This document shows, piece by piece, positions 61,844-64,000 of a DNA stretch of 64,000 nt (positions are counted from its first letter, which is position 1; each line of letters opens with the position of its first letter). This stretch comes from an uncultured Phycisphaerales bacterium (lineage in GTDB: Bacteria > Planctomycetota > Phycisphaerae > Tepidisphaerales > Tepidisphaeraceae). Where the stretch lies: assembly GCA_963755915.1 (NCBI GenBank), contig CAVWLP010000003.1:1-64000 (forward strand). Reading direction: 5' to 3'. The translations under genes and the position numbers were made by a program. The notes under the pieces were generated by a model. It saw nothing but the letters and a program-made list of their open reading frames with translations. It had not been told where the DNA came from and did not search any database.

Positions 61844-62776
61844 ATGAGAACTCCCAGTCCTTTCGCGGCACTGATCTTTGTCGTAATCCTCGCCATTGGG
61901 GGAGGTTTGGCGTTCGCCGCCTACAGCGCCGCAGCGCCCGAAAAGAGCATATGTACCGGGATCATTGCATTTGTGATTGCTGTCGTCGCCGCTCGCTCAA
62001 TCAGGGTCGCCGATCAGTGGGATAAAGCCGTGATTCTGCGGTTGGGCCAGTTCCACTCACTAAAAGGTCCGGGGCTTTTCTTCATAATACCTATTGTCGA
62101 TGCGATTCCCTACTGGATCGATACCCGCGTAATCACAACCGGCTTCAAAGCTGAAAAGACGCTGACTAAGGACACCGTCCCGGTGGACGTCGACGCAGTG
62201 CTGTTTTGGAAAGTCATCGACCCCAAAAAGTCGGCGCTGGGCGTAGCGGATTATCGGAGCGCCATAAGCTGGGCATCGCAGACCGCGCTCCGCGATGTGA
62301 TTGGAAAAACGATGCTTTCAGACATGCTGGAAGGCCGCGACAAAATCAGCGCGGTGCTGCAGAAGATCATTGACGAACGCACCGAACCATGGGGCATCAA
62401 TGTTATTTCTGTAGAGGTGAAGGACGTCTTGATTCCCCAAGCCCTTGAGAATGCCATGTCCATGCAGGCCCAGGCCGAACGAGAGCGCCAAGCCCGTGTG
62501 ATTTTGGGAGATTCGGAACGGCAGGTAGCGGAGAAATTCGCTGAAGCGTCCAAGAGCTACCAGCATAATCCGGTCGCATTTCATCTCCGGGCAATGAACA
62601 TGCTTTACGAGGGGTTGAAGCAGAATTCCACCATCGTGATCGTTCCCAGCACTGCCGTCGAAAGCATGCAGTTAGGCGGACTTGCTGGATTGACCGCCCT
62701 GACTATGGGAATCGGTCAGGACGGCGGTGGCAATGGAAAGCCGGTGCCACCCAATGAACCTGCATTGATCCGATAG
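61844..62776 (+). CDS. SPFH/stomatin-like (slipin) protein
   Basis: Two N-terminal TMs, GPGLFFIIP, TKD.VPV.VDAV, QTALRDVIG, QAQAERER. Confidence 0.93.
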   Translation: MRTPSPFAALIFVVILAIGGGLAFAAYSAAAPEKSICTGIIAFVIAVVAARSIRVADQWDKAVILRLGQFHSLKGPGLFFIIPIVDAIPYWIDTRVITTGFKAEKTLTKDTVPVDVDAVLFWKVIDPKKSALGVADYRSAISWASQTALRDVIGKTMLSDMLEGRDKISAVLQKIIDERTEPWGINVISVEVKDVLIPQALENAMSMQAQAERERQARVILGDSERQVAEKFAEASKSYQHNPVAFHLRAMNMLYEGLKQNSTIVIVPSTAVESMQLGGLAGLTALTMGIGQDGGGNGKPVPPNEPALIR

Positions 62777-62862
62777 CGGTCGTTGGATGGACCCGGCGGA
62801 CCTCGTCCGTCACGGACTCGCTTGAGGCAACGTGACGCAAACTCTCGTGAAAGGAACTCATT

Positions 62863-63024
62863 ATGTCCATTCTATTCATCATAATTATCATCCTCGTGAT
62901 CATGAGCTTCGGCGGTGGGTACTATAGGCCGGCTTATCGAACGCATGGGATTTCACTTGGAACGATCCTCTTAATCGTACTGGTCTTATGGCTTTTCGGC
63001 GTGTTTGGCAGCCGGCCGTTTTAG
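62863..63024 (+). CDS. 53-aa membrane protein (DUF3309-like), below the ORF-track cut-off
   Basis: AAGGA Shine-Dalgarno; MSILFIIIIILVIMSFGGGYYR...GTILLIVLVLWLFG. Confidence 0.75.
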   Translation: MSILFIIIIILVIMSFGGGYYRPAYRTHGISLGTILLIVLVLWLFGVFGSRPF

Positions 63025-63143
63025 GTGTTGTTAGGCCCCCCACGGAATTCTTCTGTTGGAGCCGACAGGAAAGACAATGCCCAGCATGCACGCAAGGAGA
63101 TACCGTCATTCACACGCTAAATAAAATTTCGCTCGATAAAATC

Positions 63144-64000
63144 GTGCCTCAGGAAAATGCCCCAGGCGCCCCGGGATTCCGCCACGTTGGACTTGCAGCG
63201 CAAAAACGGGCGTGGGCACTGCCCTCAGCAACAAGAGCCTTGTCTGGTTCACGCTGAGCCATGGAATTTTCAACGAAATATTTTATCCCCGTATCGATCA
63301 AGCGTGCGTCCGCGACATGGGATTGATAGTCACGGACGGAGCGGATTTCTTCTCCGAGGAAAAGAGCGACACCAAGTCTGAGGTTCATTGGCTGGCTGAG
63401 GGCGTCCCAGCATTCCGACTGGTCAATACGTGCCGCGCCGGCCGATACCGCATCGAAAAGCAAGTCGTGACTGATCCGCAGCGAAACACAGTTCTGCAAC
63501 GCATCCAGTTCACCGCAATGCAAGACCATCTTTCCGATTATCGGTTGCATGTGCTGCTGGCGCCGCATCTGGGAAACCACGGCGATGGCAACAATGCCTG
63601 GGTGGATGAGTTTGAAGGCTTGCCGCTTCTGTTTGCCCAGCGTGACGGATATGCGTTGGCACTGGCCTGTTCCGCGCCATTACTGAAGCGATCCGTCGGT
63701 TATGTCGGTTCTTCCGACGGCTGGCAGGATCTAATGGCGCACAAGCAGATGACCTGGGAATACACGCAGGCTCGGAACGGGAACGTGGCTTTGACTGCCG
63801 AAATCGATCTTCTTCACCCCAAGGGACATTGCGAACTGGCCTTGGGCTTTGGCAAGAACTCTCAAGAAGCGGCGGAGAACGCAATCGCCAGTCTTCGCGA
63901 AGGTTTTGACAACATCAAGCACGAATACATTGCCGGATGGCAGTTTTGGAAGAAGTCGGTGATGTCGACAAAAAAGGACCGTTTCCATGCGGGCGATCTT
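63144..64000 (+). CDS. Glucan 1,4-alpha-glucosidase/glucodextranase (GH15) N-terminal part, runs off the window
   Basis: APGAPG + PRWTCSAKTGVGTA, VWFTLSHGIFNEIFYP, FFSEEK, LLAPHLGN, GYVGSSDGWQDL. Confidence 0.88.

Noticed and set aside
1-64000. Mass pseudogenisation or programmed frameshifting in trbE, trbF, trbB, traG, virD2, glgP, pgm and others
   Set aside because: Single-base indels are scattered through unrelated genes with intact catalytic motifs, often at homopolymers. Sequencing error is the simpler explanation; polishing would confirm.
1-64000. CRISPR array, cas genes, rRNA, IS transposases, reverse transcriptase
   Set aside because: No regularly spaced repeats or diagnostic motifs were seen on manual reading.

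Overview
GC-rich bacterial DNA, probably a planctomycete (inferred from gene content such as paired DUF2294 genes and the 'IR.GS..AAIWRN' family; not proven). Many single-base indels break otherwise intact genes, which looks like long-read assembly error. Most of the window is integrative-conjugative element (ICE) sequence. Positions 1-25.5 kb hold an HhH-GPD glycosylase/C5-methyltransferase/GHKL ATPase/methyltransferase-like operon, an Mrr-like nuclease, trbC-D-E-J-J-L-F-G-I, an AbiE toxin-antitoxin pair and metabolic/detoxification cargo, and end in a ~244-bp element end carrying the 3' half of an initiator tRNA-Met. Positions 25.5-30.8 kb are an integrase-less mini-island (GH39 remnant, GH78, GH62) ending in a second copy of the same end. 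From 30.8 kb come a tyrosine integrase, RES-Xre TA pair, excisionase-like gene, trbB-copG-traG-virD2, parB, ssb, DUF932, traF, DUF2840 and two HTH/S24 regulators, followed by a stress/glycogen cluster (histidine kinase, Crp, rpiB, two DUF2294, glgP, pgm, GH13, SPFH, GH15). The main observations are: (1) a conserved leader with an overlapping terminator (TCGGAyGACTAAATA ... GAGTAAGCCGACGT-terminator) present twice, once between the two DUF2294 genes; (2) tandem att junctions with an integrase-less carbohydrate-enzyme mini-element; (3) a candidate defence operon; (4) a P-type T4SS gene cluster split by the att/integrase region.
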